Origin: the human T2T-CHM13v2.0 reference genome, Homo sapiens
Length of the DNA: 64,000 nucleotides
Direction: 5' to 3' (one strand)
Assembly (NCBI RefSeq): GCF_009914755.1
Contig: NC_060933.1
The notes beneath the pieces are model-generated. The model was not told the DNA's origin. It ran no database searches and saw only the letters and a list, made by a program, of their open reading frames with translations. This document shows positions 48,114-63,526 of this stretch, piece by piece (position 1 is the first letter of the stretch; the number at the start of each line of letters is the position of its first letter). Made by a program: the position numbers and the translations under genes.

Positions 48114-49376
48114 ACATTTTCTTTTTAACTTCCCCTCCAAAATTCCATCAGGCTACTTGAATTTCAGTCTTGAGTCCCTCTGCACAATCTCCTTATAATT
48201 AACATCCTTCAAAGCCACCTCAGATTTTGCCGGCAGTATATTTGAGTCTTAGGAGGAGGCTCAGGGGAAATACAACATCGTCTGGGCAATATGACTGAGT
48301 TCTTGGGTAGCTTGGAGTTTTAACTAAAAAAGGACTTACATAGGAGAAAAAAGCTTATACTGGACGTGTCCACAATAACTCAGCCCTGTTATTCCCTCAG
48401 AGCTTACCTGAATTCACTGCAGTGACACCAAGTCATGAAAGAGGGACACACAATTATGAGAGAAGTCCCTGTGACTTTTAGTCCATATGACCATTATGAA
48501 GCTTTCTTTTATCACATGAAAAATGCATTGGTCTTAGAATTAAATGAGACATTGGAGCATGAAAAGTACTTAACATAGTATCTGCTCAATATTAAATGTG
48601 TCTCATCATCATTATCTATATTTCTATTAGCAACCTGCATTGCAGACAGTACCAAATGCCATCTCATTTAATCCTCAGCATATTATGCTAGATTTTACTA
48701 TTCCTGTATTCGTGAGCGAGAAAGTGAATCTGAGAGGTTGACTTTCCCCAAGCTCCAGAGCTAATGATGGGGAGAGCCAGGAGTCCAGACCTGCTGATTT
48801 CACAGCACCCAGAATGTCTATTCATTGGGTGCTGACATCACAGAAGTGACAGTGAACAATGAATCACATTTGGCAATTGCTAATATGATCTTAAAATTAT
48901 CTCACTTAATGATATTAAGAGCTCTGGGAAATAAATCTTATTATTTTCCCTGTAACCAGACAAGAAGCCAGGGGTAATAAGGTTTAAATTCTTGTCTAAG
49001 TCACAGAATCAGTCAGTGCTGATACTGGGCTGTGAACCCACAATGTCTGATGCCAAAAGTCCTGTCTTCACCCCCCACAGTTTGAGCCACTTCCCTCCTT
49101 CATTTAGGGAAAAGTTCGTGTGCCCTAGAAAAATAAAGACTAGTTAGCATCTGTCATCATAGACTAAAATTATTCTAAGATGCTCTGCAAGGGTCTCGCT
49201 TGGATCCATCCAGGTCCATTCTGCGTGCTCAATCCTGCCAGGTTGTGAGTGGGCTCAGGGAGCCTTGCTGACTAAATCAAATAGGAACCTCACCCAGTAG
49301 AGGAGTGATAGGTACCACTCCAGGGATCATGATGAGTAGGCTCATAAACATCAGTCTAGTTCAAGAATTAGATTTC

Positions 49377-49723
<347 letters not shown>

Positions 49724-49734
49724 TCAAAATGCTG

Positions 49735-51275
49735 TAAAGGTCAGTATTGAATCAATGGACAAAACTGGAACACGGACAATTACAGGATTGCATCAGTGTT
49801 ATGGAGTTCCCAAAGTTGATGAGTGTGCTGTAATTATGTAAGAAGATGACTGTGTTCTTGGGAGGTAGCCACTGAAGCATTTAGAGGGGAAAGATTATGA
49901 TGCGTCAACTTCTCTCATGTGATTTAGAAAAGATATAGATTGACAAGGCAAATGATAAGCAAGGTAAATGGTGATGATAGGTGCATCTGGCTGATGCTAT
50001 AGAGGAATTCTTTGAATTATTTTTTCTGTAATTTTGAAATTACTGCCAAATGAATGTTAAAAAGTAAGCACTACTTTTATCTCCTTTCAAGAGAAAAATT
50101 GCTATTTACTTTGTTTCTCTTCCATTTATTGCCCTCCCCCTCACAACTTCTTATGCAGAGCCCCAATCTCTGTAAATAAACCCTGAACACATTTTGTAGT
50201 GTCACAAAGTAACAGAGGCTTAAAAAAATAGGTGAAGGGCATTGCAGAATTAGTCAACTGGAGAGTTCTCAATATCCAAAGAGGGAACAATATGCACAAC
50301 AAAATAAACAACATGATGTTAGTTACAACCCAAAGAATGAATTCAAATTGATAGAAATTATTGAAATAAACAAATGGAGGAGAAAAAACAACTATTACTT
50401 TCAGAAGAATTCCAGTGAATAAGTGTAGAAAGAATGAGGAAAAGAGAAAATCACCATGAGAACACCACAGTAATAATTATTGCAGGCAGAATCCATTGAT
50501 CAGTGGTAAAAATGAGTGGATGACATTTTAAGGAGGAACACAATGCTTGCATGACATCAAAGATATGTCTCTAAAAATTTAATAATTACTGTGGTGGTTT
50601 TAACATACGATCACAAATTGTCTGATACTCCCCTCTCTCTAGAAGGTGGAGTTAAGTCCCCCTCCCCTTCAGTCTGGGATGACTTGGTGACCGAGGGGAA
50701 AGTAGTCACTTTACAGTGGAGAAACAAATACCCGCTTAAATAAGTGTGGTTAAGGCTCTCAGCGCTACTAATAAGTATTGTGGATATCATGTGTCCCTTG
50801 ATGTGACATGATGTGACACGCTGACTCTATGATGCACTTCTCCCAACACCAGAATGCTGTCTATTCACGAGAAAACTGAAGACTAGCTCAAATTCTGGAA
50901 TATTTTACAAAATACCTGAACACTGTTCATTTAGAAGTGTCAAGGTCATGAAAGATAAAGACTGAGAAACGGTCACAGATTGGAGGAGAATAAGGAGATA
51001 TGATTGATAGATATATACACCAATAAATGCAACGTGGCATCCTGGATTGAATCCTGGAACAGGAAAAACAGACAATAAGTAGTGGAAGACTGAATCTGAT
51101 AAATTCTGCAGTAAATTTTATTGTACCAATGCTAATTTTATTGTTTTGATAAATGTACCATGGCTACGTAAGATGTTAATATTAGAGAAAGCTAGGTGAC
51201 AGGTATATGGGAACACTCTGTACTATCTTTGTAACTTTCTCTAAATCTAGAATTATTTTGAAATAAAAAGTAAAA
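49735..51275 (+). mobile_element. Old L1 (L1MC/L1MD/L1ME-like) 3' UTR fragments
   Basis: taaatgcaacgtggcatcctggattgaatcctggaacag...gggaacactctgtactatctttgtaactttctctaaatctagaattatt...aataaaa. Confidence 0.72.
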
Positions 51276-52359
51276 AGCACATGCATCTTCCTGACACCAT
51301 CAGCAGACAGGAATTAAGGAGCATTGTTTGCCTGAGGAACATTTTCAGTGCACAAAGAGATATTCCGTCCTGGAGCCAGCAGCGTCCTGCTGTTTAGCCC
51401 TGTGTCATGTGTCCAGGACTAGGAGTTAGGAGACCCCCCCACCCTCTTTACAGGGCAAGTTACTTGAACTAAGTTTCTGTTTTCTCATCTGTAAAATGGA
51501 ACAACATGTACTTTCCCAATTAACCAGTTTTCAGTGGAAAAGGCTGCTGTGAAAAATGTTTTGCCTGACACAATAAGTGCTTAATAAAATCCTGGACTGC
51601 CTAATTTATATCCTTATGTAGATTACTGATAGGTCAGAGGCCACAAGCTCGGAAGCCTGTGGAGTCCTGGTGTGTTTAGAAGGCTCTGTGGCAAATTCTT
51701 GAATGCATGGCTTGTTTCAAACAGACACTGCCACTCAACTCCAAGCAACTATTGCCCATGGGGCATGGTCCCAGAGTTACCTGATATTCAAGTTTTTCAA
51801 AAGAAGCTGGAAATCTGATTTTTAAAACATTATGTAATTTCTTTATTTTTAAATGTTGATGATAATTTACAGACATTTCAAAGCTCTGTGCAGAGCATCA
51901 GAATATGTCTGTTGGCTGGACTTGGCCTTTGGGTCACTAGTTTTTGAGGTCCATATGGATTAATAGAGAAAACTTCTGAGTTCCCCATGGACCATGTAGC
52001 TAACTATGCCTTAGCTTCCTGGAGAAACATACACTGGGTGCACATAGAGTCGAAATAAAACAAAGTGAAAGCAATTAGAGAAAGCACCACCCCTCCCCGG
52101 TTACTGTTAACCACTGCAGTTTTATTGGTCACAACCAGGCTGTTCAATTTGATGTCTAGTCACTTAATTGTGACTAGAAGGGAACTGGGAGGTCCTTAAG
52201 CTCATTCTGCCATGCACAGAGATGCTCCTGGGTTTGCCTCTATGCCTGTTTGGATTGGGACCAGGAGCCGAGGCAGGTCTCTTTTCTCTTGGGCTTTGAC
52301 CCCATAATCTTGTCCCTTCAACTAGACCCTTAACTACTGTGGGGCAAGGACCTTACTTA

Positions 52360-52672
<313 letters not shown>

Positions 52673-53486
52673 TTTTTTAAAAAATGGTCCCCTTCACACA
52701 GTGTGCTCAGTGGACAAAGAACCTGTCATCCCCTCATGCCACTTGCCAGTCAAAATTCTCCAAAGAATTTAGAGCTAAAAGCAATTACTTCTCTAGAAAA
52801 TGTTATATTCTGCTCCTATTAAAAGCTTTTAAAAAGGCAAGGTGGCTAAAATACAAAAATTGGCTAACATATTGTTTCTCCCCTCTGCTTCACCAAACTG
52901 CCAGTCCAGTGGCTATTTGGCCTTCACTAATGAATGTTACTTTTTTCCTGAACCGGAAACGGGCTATGTATATTTCTTAAGAGTGCGCTCTAGCCAGGAA
53001 CTGACTTCCCAAAATAGCTGCGTTTTCAGAAACATTGTTTACTTTTAGAAATGGACTACCTGGAACGAAGGCTCATGAGTGATCTCTGTCATCCTGTTGA
53101 GTGAGAATAGAATTGTGGGGTGGATGTCCCACATTCCTGCCCCACACTGTGTGCTTTCCATCAATCAAGTGTAACTCCTCAGAAATTTGAGGCACCCCAG
53201 AGAGGCAGCCAGGTCTAAATGGAACAGCCCCCGGAGGACGCAGTTAGGCATCTGGAAGAACGGCACACTCGGCACCCTCGGGAAGGTGTGGAGGGAAGCG
53301 CCCAGGGAAGCAAAGAGCAGGGGGCTCCTAGGGGCTTCGGCTTCCCTCTCTTAGGCTGCTTCTCCCTTTGTTTCCCTTTTCTTGGGATGGTCTACATATT
53401 TGGGATGCTCATGGAAATTACTGCATGCCATCATTTATTCAAAGAAAATCCCCAGCATAATTTGGTCAAAGAGTTAACAAAGTTTT

Positions 53487-53613
53487 GGCCGGGCGCAGTG
53501 GCTCACGCCTGTAATCCCGGCATTTTGGGAGGCCAAGGCGGGCGGATCACGAGGTCAGGAGATCGAGACCATCCTGGCCAACAGGGTGAAACCCCGTCTC
53601 TACTAAAAAATAC
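53487..53613 (+). mobile_element. Alu left arm only (Sc/Y-type)
   Basis: Runs from ggccgggcgcagtggc to ctactaaaaaatac and then stops. Confidence 0.92.
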
Positions 53614-53666
53614 TCTTGAGTATAGCGAGAGACTCTGAGTGTAGTAGTGGTCTCACCCTAAAAAGG

Positions 53667-53969
53667 TGTTTGTTTGTTTGTTTTTTGAGAAGGAGTCTCG
53701 CTCTGTTGCCCAGGCTGGAGTGCAGTGGCGCAATCTTGGCTTACTGCAAGCTCCGCCTCCCGGGTTCACGCCATTCTCCTGCCTCAGCCTCCTGAGTAGC
53801 TGGGACTACAGGCGCCCGCCGCCACACCCGGCTAATTTTTTTGTATTTTTTAGTAGAGACGGGGTTTCACCGTGTTAGCCAGGATGGTCTCAATATCCTG
53901 ACCTCGTGATCCGCCCGCCTCGGCCTCCCAAAGTTCTGGGATTACAAGCGTGAGCCACTGCTCCCGGCC
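53667..53969 (-). mobile_element. AluY SINE
   Basis: Full antisense AluY with (GTTT)n tail, tail-to-tail with the preceding left arm. Confidence 0.95.
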
Positions 53970-54024
53970 AAGAGTTACAAAGTTTTACACTGTTAGCAAA
54001 GATGCTCCTTTAAGACTCTGTTTT

Positions 54025-54540
54025 TAAAAATGTGAACGTCGTTTTGTGCACATGGTAAAATATTTCAAAAAGCACTGAAGGATATGAAATAAAGAAGTGT
54101 TTCCCATTTTACTTTACTGCAGTCAGCAACACTTCCCAAAGACACCCACTGTTAATGATGTCATATTTGTATTTCCATCTTATTGGAAGCATATATATGC
54201 GTATGTATGTGTACAAAATATTGTTTTTGCAAGCAGGGCCATACAATAAACACTGTTTTGCATTTTGCCTTTTTCAACTAAGAAAATATTTGCTTGTCAG
54301 CATACATTGTTTTTCATGGTTGTGTAGTAATCTGTTTATGGATATGCCATAATTAACCATTCTAGCATGGATGGACATTTGAATTAATTCCTGCTTGGGT
54401 CTATTACAAAAAATTCCAGAGTAAATCATGTTTTGTTCACATCTGTAAGTACATCTGTAGCATAAACTCCTAGAAGTATAATTGCAGGTCAAAGTCCATG
54501 TACCCTGAAATGTTTACAGCATAATTCCATATTGCCTTCT
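54025..54540 (-). mobile_element. L1ME-like 3' region
   Basis: atggatatgccataattaaccattct...tggacatttg...ctcctagaagt antisense L1M motifs. Confidence 0.6.
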
Positions 54541-56208
54541 GCTGTCACGGAAGTGTTGGAATGTTTGTGGACTTAGCAGAACTTCTTCTGTAGAGGTCCT
54601 TTCAGTCTCAATGACATAACAGTATGGGCTGTCAATGTATTCACCTCTTAATGAAAAGACAAGCACAGGTTTAGGTCTTGGACTCAGGAGAACATATCTG
54701 AATGGACCACCTTAAGACAGACCCTGGAAAACAATTGGCTTTTCTAACTCAAAAAAATACCGTGCTGAATTAATGAATTGATGAGTCATGGCAGGGCCCA
54801 TAGAGAAGTAACCAATACATTTCTCAGTTCAATTTTGCATCAAAAATAAAAAATAATTATAATTTAAATAAACATAAACATTAATCAGTTTCATTGCATT
54901 CTTATGCTAATAGGACATATACATAGTTTGAGATAAGTAAAAAAAAAAATGTTCAAAGTCCTAACTGTAGATAGTTATTTTAAATGGTCAATTAAAATTT
55001 GTTTCTCCTATTTGCTTTGAATGCTATATTTGGCTTAGAGTTACCATATTAATACTAACATACAGTTATTTCTAAAATACATTTTGATGTTTTTTATTTT
55101 ATGAATTTCATTCACTTTTTTGAATAGTTATTTTTTTTTAAAGAGTTTGGAAAAGATACGTAAGTCTTCTCATCTGTGAGTTGAGGTGTTTGATCTACAG
55201 GTTCATTGAGGTCCATCTGGCTCTAATAGTCAGGAAAAAATCATCAGCCTCAAGTTCAAGGGAATAATCTGTATCTTCAAAATTACAGGGGCTTTGTGTT
55301 TCAGTTTTTTCACCTTCAAATGAGGGTATCTAGTTGCTTTGCACATATGTGAAGGGCAAATATCAATAATTAGGCTTTAGCAAAAGGAGACTGTTCTTCG
55401 ATAAATAAGCAATTCTGTTTCTCTGCATCCCCCCCCACCCCCAGCAAAAGTAGTTTTTTCTACAGTGTACATCTCTTGAGAGGATTAGTTCTATTTTCAG
55501 TAAAATGTTACCAATTTGGAAAAGTCATAATTCCAACAGCAGTTCTTAAGTTTACTTTTCTAATTAACTTACACTTAAAGAGTGCTAGAACTCACTTTTA
55601 TAATAAAAATTAAATATCAATTTAATCAAATAACATTTATTGAAGCTTGACTTTGTGTGAGGCTCATGCACTTGAGTCTATCTGATGAGGGGCTAGGGAA
55701 GAGTCAACTGTATCAACTCAGATGAAAGGGAATTCTACAGTTGAATTTCCCAGGTCTCAGGTTAGTCAAGTAAAAACCCCAAATTCATGATTAATCACCC
55801 CACCATCAGCTTCCTGAGAAGCTTCCATGATCCAGCATCTACAATGAACATTTCCTTGGGACTAAATTATCCATCAACCAACATGAGACATATCTTTATT
55901 TTGGTTAATCTCCAAAAAGCCTTGCTCTGTGAGATTTACCCGAATTTCTTGCTTTTTCCACACTCTTTAACATGAAATTTCTGCATCATTGACATTTAGG
56001 AAAAGATGGAAAAACATCAGAGATGGAAAAAAATCTACTGGCCCATCTGTTATTCCCAACTGGTACAGCGTAGGTGTTCAAGGTGAAGAGAAAATGAATT
56101 CAAGTGGTCAATAAAGGACACACATATAAGGGGTGATGTCTGTTTCAATTTTCAGCCCAAGTTGCAAGATGTTCCCACACTTGACAACACAAGCTCAATG
56201 TACTGTAC

Positions 56209-56320
56209 CTTAAAGATGAATTTGCAGGTGATACCCGGCTAGGGTGCAAAGGAGGGCAAGACTCCCGGGCCTGCTCTTGATTCCTCAGGTCCGGCTCAGG
56301 AAGGCCACAGATGCTGTCCT
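56209..56320 (-). other. FAM240B: Probable non-coding first exon of FAM240B (5' end approximate)
   Basis: The first coding exon starts at a splice acceptor, so an upstream exon is required. Here unique, mildly CpG-containing, ATG-free sequence ends in the donor tttaag|gtacag (after 56209) and lies just downstream of a TATA element. Confidence 0.55.
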
Positions 56321-56340
56321 GAAATCACATTGTTGCAGCC

Positions 56341-56350
56341 CCTATATAAG
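56341..56350 (-). promoter_or_regulatory. FAM240B: Candidate TATA box for FAM240B
   Basis: cctatataag reads CTTATATAGG on - and TATATAAG on +, ~130 nt upstream of the donor at 56209. Confidence 0.45.
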
Positions 56351-57417
56351 GAGTGGAGGAGTTACAGAAATCCCTTAACCTTTCAAGGTCATTTGAGCCA
56401 AATTAGTACCAGAACCAGACAATATCTTTCCAGGGACATTGTAGCCTTCCCTCGTGGTGAGAGATGGCTCTAAACAAATCCCATCTCGTACTACCCCACC
56501 CTCCCCAGAGAAGGCGAGCTTCTGTTTTGGCAGGTCCCACAAGTACTATGACTTGGCCTGAACCAAGAGAGATGATTTAGAGCAGAGGCTGGATTATCCA
56601 TGTGCCCTATTCCCCTGTGACTTGTGAAAAGCCAGTCTCTGCACCTTGGTGTGTAAAGGGGACTGGAATGGTGGGACGAGTTACACTTGGGTGTAACATT
56701 ACAGGAAGACTTAGAGAGGCATCTGGTTCTTTGGAGCCATTAATCCTTGAATGGAATCTGGTGATGACATATCATGGTCTGCTGAGTTCTCTACCAGTTG
56801 GAGCAGGAATTGACCCCGGTGAGTGTTTTCCAATAAAATGCATCCAAGTGAGATCGACTTCTCATTTTAGAGTGGCTCTTATCCCATGATGGAGGAGCAC
56901 ATTTTGTCCTTAGGAAAAACATTTAGAATCCTCACTCATCTGATAACAAAAATAGCTTTGGTTTTTATCAAATCCTTTAACTATGCTACTAATTGCACAC
57001 CCGTTACTTGGTTCAGTGGAGTATAAATTTATAACTTACATTATACATGTCAAGCTCATCTAATATTGATGTTCAGATGTTATCCTGCTGAAGTGATATT
57101 TAATGTTGAGTCTGTGAAAGTGTTTTAATAAGCCCCTTTACATTAAGCTGGATGCCTTATTTAATAGCAGAACCAAATTTTAGAGATGAAATTTTTTTTT
57201 TTGGTAAGGAAAGAGAGGAGTTAATTCTGAAACCGTCATGCAGGGTCCCACCTATATAAAATCAACAATTTAAAGAGAAAAAACTCAACAAAAATGTTTC
57301 TAAGGAGTATACTGAAATCACAGAAGTGAAGTTATATACATATTTGTATATTTCCACTTAAGAAAATATAGAGAAACTTGAATAATTAGCAGCTAACAGA
57401 TCACTAGGTGTTAGTTT

Positions 57418-57481
57418 CCCTTCCTTCGTCCCTCCCTTCCTCCCTCCCTTCCTCCCTCTTTCCTCCTTTTCTTTCTCTCCT
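57418..57481. repeat. (TCCC/TTCC)n pyrimidine-rich simple repeat
   Basis: cccttccttcgtccctcccttcctccctcccttcctccctctttcc. Confidence 0.8.
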
Positions 57482-58956
57482 GTGAAAGTTATTTTGGCTA
57501 CATGTGATGCCTCAGCCTTTATTGAAGCCATTAGCAAGACTCCAAGAGAAAGGTTATCAAACTATTTCTTATGTGGTGTTACTCCACTTGGCTTATAGCA
57601 ATTCTGTAAACACTTACTTAATCTACTAATATAGAATCTTGCACAATTAACAATTTGTTCCACTTTAAGGAATGAGCATTTATGCTCTTCCTAGTTCAAA
57701 TAAGGTTTTAATCTATAAGTATAGGGATGTCCACATTTTGATCTTGACTTTATCTTTGATTTGATTGGGAAGACAGAGGCCGCATGGCTAGAAAGTGGCA
57801 GAATTAAGATTTGAACCCAGGCTGTCCGACTCAAGCTCTTACTAAAGTGAGATGTTCAGCACATGTCTCTGCCCAAGCCCCAAGCACTTCCACTATTCAT
57901 TCCCCTACCAATACAAGGAGTTTATCTGAAAGAGGAAGAGACAATAGAACATGTGTTCAGGTCAGAGCCCCTGCAAGACCCTACTTCTGGAAGGAGGAGC
58001 AGAGGCTGCAAGAGCTGCCCGTGGCCCAGGGTCCCAATGGGTGGAGGAGCAGAGCGGGGAACCCATTAAGGGGAGCTGGTTTCAAGAATTTAAGCAGGGA
58101 TGCCCCCCCGCATAGCTTTTAGGACAAAAGCACACTTACTCAATGGAAGCTATTATTACCATTATCATCAATACAGTTATTACTACCCCGAGCATTTCTT
58201 CTTTCTCCTTATTTTGAAACAGGGAATTTATGCCACTTCACTTTTTGAATTTTATTTTTTTTCCTTCCTGATGTTGCCACCCAAAAGAGAAGGGGAGCCC
58301 CAGGGGTTACTGAGCATCTTGTACACTTAGTAGAGGTGTACATACCAACTGGACTCTGGGACCCAAAAGAAGAGATGTAAAGGAGAGAAAAAAAGAAACA
58401 GCACAGACAGACAAAATATCTTGTAGAAGACAATCAGGTCTATATTTATTTAAAAACCTTATCTGCCAAACAGGCCAAGGAAAGCCTCCCCAGTGATAGG
58501 CACTGCTGTAAACTAGAAACCTAACCCTTCTCCTGAGTACAGAGCCCTGGGAATTTCAAGCTCCAATCTACATTCACAGATGAGCCCCAGGAAGATTCCT
58601 TCTGGAAGTAGAGGGTCTGGTGGGGTGAGAAGGGGGTGACAATGATGTACCTACAGGCCTGTGTGGGGAGGGAAGAAACAGGAACCAGTAAATAGAGAAC
58701 TGGAGGTCTCTTGCTGGATGTTTCATTCCAAACTTCTTGTTTTCACATCTTGCATTGCAAGATATAATACCAGTGGCTTATTGGCCATGGCCTGGACACG
58801 TGTGATATGTGGATAGCACTTGACCATCCAGCCCTTTATTCCCATCATCATGGAGCTAGTCTGAGGTCCAATTCCTTTGTGTGTGTGATGACCAGTTCCA
58901 GTATAGCTGTGAGGTATGTGTATTAAAATCTGTACCTGGGATTTGTTTTAATCAAG

Positions 58957-59452
58957 TGTAGTAAGACATGCAGATGCAGAAATGACTGTCATGAGGGAAG
59001 AAGTTCATATTTACAAATCCCTAGGAAGAAGAGGTACGGCCATCGTGCCATGCAGGGGCATGCGGCAAGCACCAGGGTTGGTCAGGAGGCAGAGAGAGGC
59101 AAGAGGGGACAGTGTGGACCAGAGCCTTTTTTGGGGTTTTTGCAGGAAGGGATGGGTATGGTGACCTTAGGATTGACAAGTTTGAATAACTTTGGTGGGC
59201 TCTGGGCCATAGGGTGGTCTTTATTGCCTGGTTCCTGGTCCTGGGTGGCTTAAAGGAAATACTGGCTTGGTGTGGAGAGTTTGGGGAAGGAGATAGTGGG
59301 GTGTGGGCTCTGGACTGGTTGACTTGCATATCACAGGGGTGCTTGCAGGGAGACACGTGCTATCTCCAGGAATTAGCTTGCCCTGGAGGGGCAGGTTCTC
59401 CAGGATCAGGGCTCCAAATGTCAGTGCACACAGAATATGGAAAATAAGACAT
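58957..59452 (-). mobile_element. ERVL LTR (MER74 family)
   Basis: Antisense counterpart of the 39.4 kb LTR motifs (gctatctccaggaattagcttgccctggaggggcag; cctggttcctggtcctggg). Confidence 0.68.
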
Positions 59453-60227
59453 TAGAGTTGATGCGGTCTGGATAACTGCTGGAAGGCCCTCCTGGATGGC
59501 ATTCCCATATCGGTGTCACCTCACTGTCATGCTAGCTCTGTCTAAGGCAAAGGGTGCCAGCAGCCCTGCCCCCCAGCCTGCTGTGTCCTGGGTGCAGCTA
59601 GCCACTGTGAATGGTCAGGGGAACCCAGCCATAGCAGTGTCTAGATAAACCACCACCTGGGCAGAGTCTGACTCTGAGACCCTCCTGTCCTCTTCTCAGG
59701 CACCCCCTCAACCTTCATTTCTGTTTCCTCTGGCCTCCTCCTGATGGCTGTGCCTTCCCAGGTGGAGACTCCTGGGGCCTCTTTTCTCTCTCAGCCACTA
59801 AATCCTGTTGATGGTGTCAGCTGGGTGACACAGATATCTAGGCGTTCGAAGTTAGGCCCCTGGCTCTGCCTGGGCTTGTAACCTTGTGGAACTTTCTCAT
59901 GTATGCATAGGCGCATTGTTTTTTCTTAGAGGGTTCATAATTTTCCTTAAATCCTCAAAGGGCTCCATGACTCTAAGAGGTTTACTATTAACAACAACAG
60001 CAATGATAACACCGAGCATCTCTGGCATATGTCCTATGTTCCAAACACTACTTTAAGCCCTTTGTAAGTATTAACTGTTCTCATCCTCACACAACCTTCT
60101 GAGGCACAGCGAGACTAAGGAACCTGCCGTCACACAGATCAGCAGTGTGGCTACAGACCTGGGAGCAGCAACTGTGGCCCTCAGGCCAAATCTGGCCCAC
60201 TGCCCTTTTTAAAATATGAATTAATCA

Positions 60228-60895
<668 letters not shown>

Positions 60896-60922
60896 AATAA
60901 AAAATATAAAGTAGCTGTGAAG

Positions 60923-61327
60923 TGTTAAAATAAGTTTAGTCTAAAGCTGTCTCCTTACTTATTTTAAATTGGACCTAAATATTTCTTCGTATACAGTGAC
61001 CTGTTTACTAACTGGGAGTGTCAACCGATTGTGAACTACTCTTGTACCAATCACTTTGTTTCAGCAAATCACAGACGGCCAACTGTTCAAACCGTGTTCA
61101 AATAAGGCAAACACCAAGCTGTAACCAATCCAGCTGTTTCTGTGCTTCACTTCCGCTTTCCATCCATAAATCCTCTTTGACCACGCGCAGCACCGCAGCT
61201 GCTCTGAGCCTATTCTGGTTCGGAGGGACTTGTAGGGAGTGGTGGGGGAGCTGCGCCATCTGTGAATCATTCTTTGCTCAATTAAACTGTATTAAATTTA
61301 ATTTGTCTAAAGTTTTTTCTTTTAACA
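60923..61327 (+). mobile_element. ERV1 solo LTR (MER57-like)
   Basis: TG...CA termini (tgttaaaataagtttag ... ttttctttaaca), repeated CCAAT boxes (gtaccaatc, gtaaccaatc), and gctcaattaaac in the poly(A) region. Confidence 0.75.
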
Positions 61328-61804
61328 GGTTCATACAAGTGAGTGGTCCCAAAGCTTCAGTGTCAGTAGTTCCTTAGTAAACAGTTTCTGGTGCAATCAT
61401 TTCTGTAGGACCAACTCCCCAAAGTGGAATTGCTGCGTCAATGAGAGTGGCCCCTCACATTTTGGGCAATGACATCAGATGGCCCTCCAGAAAGGCCATA
61501 GCCCATTATTCTTTCACTCTTTTGTAATTAAAGAAACTATTTTTCAGAGGGTAACTTGGCAATATGTATCCATATCTTACATAGCAAGTTAACATTAGAG
61601 TCTCATCGCCAGCAATTGATCCTACAGAACTGATCAGTAAGTGGATATGGTTACAGGTCTAAGGGTGGTCAGGACAGCCATTGTTCATCACAGCAAAGAA
61701 CTGCAAACCGACGGATGTCTAATGACAGGACATTGGTGAAAGGAATTATGCAGACTTACAGTGTGTTGATGTAGAAAGATCAGACATGTCAAGTGGGCCT
61801 GTAG

Positions 61805-62102
<298 letters not shown>

Positions 62103-62489
62103 ACTAAGGGGTATGTTTAAGGCCATAAAACAGTTCAAAGCTTAATGCTTGTAGCTCCACAACTCCCAGCTGCCTCTGAGTCTCACTGGCACTGACTTTC
62201 ACCTTTCCCTAACAGATGAGACCTAGGAAGAGGGTGATAGAAAACAGATTTCATAGTATCAACTTGAGTGTTCTATTTGGCACCCAGACCCTCCCAGTGG
62301 TTTGGCCCAGCTCTAGGGCTGGAAAGACACAGGATCAGCCCCTTCTGTGAGTAAGAACCATTTGGCTTATTATTCCTATTACCTTACTTATTCCCATCAC
62401 CCTTACACAGACTTTAGGGCAACACCATGATAGAATTATTACATTAGGACTAGAAGAGGCTTAGAGATTACCAAATAAAACATCTTATT

Positions 62490-62652
62490 TTGGCGGGGAT
62501 TTTGAATGTTCACAACACAAAGAAGTGATAAATATTCAAGGTGCTAGATATGCTAATTGCCCTGATTTGATCATTACACATTGTATACATGTGTAATATC
62601 ACTCTACATCCCATAAATATGTACAATTATTACTTCTTAACTAAAAATAAAA
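62490..62652 (+). mobile_element. L1MA-like extreme 3' end
   Basis: caacacaaagaagtgataaat...ccctgatttgatcattacacattgtatacatg...cccataaatatgtacaattat. Confidence 0.8.
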
Positions 62653-62782
62653 CAAGTCGTGGAATATTCATGTGTATATGAGTTGAATGAACTTGCCTTG
62701 GTAAGATGAAAATATATGCACATCAGTATGAATGATATATATACATTATATATGTATATATGAAATGTGTATATGTGTATAA

Positions 62783-63098
<316 letters not shown>

Positions 63099-63299
63099 GA
63101 AAGTTAATGTTTCTATTCCAAGTTTGTTAATGATGATTATCTCAAAGGTATGGGCAAATAGGAGAATTTTAATATTTTCTTTGTAAAAAAGTGTATTGCT
63201 TTGTCTTTTGTTACGCATATATTGCTTTTGTGATTGGAAAAACAATAAAGAGAAAGAGAGAAAAAAGTCCATAGATTTGACCCTAGAAAGAAATAAATG

Positions 63300-63526
<227 letters not shown>

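Noticed and set aside
56341-56351. CArG (SRF) box at cctatataagg
   Set aside because: Seven A/T bases between CC and GG rather than six, so it is treated as a TATA candidate only.
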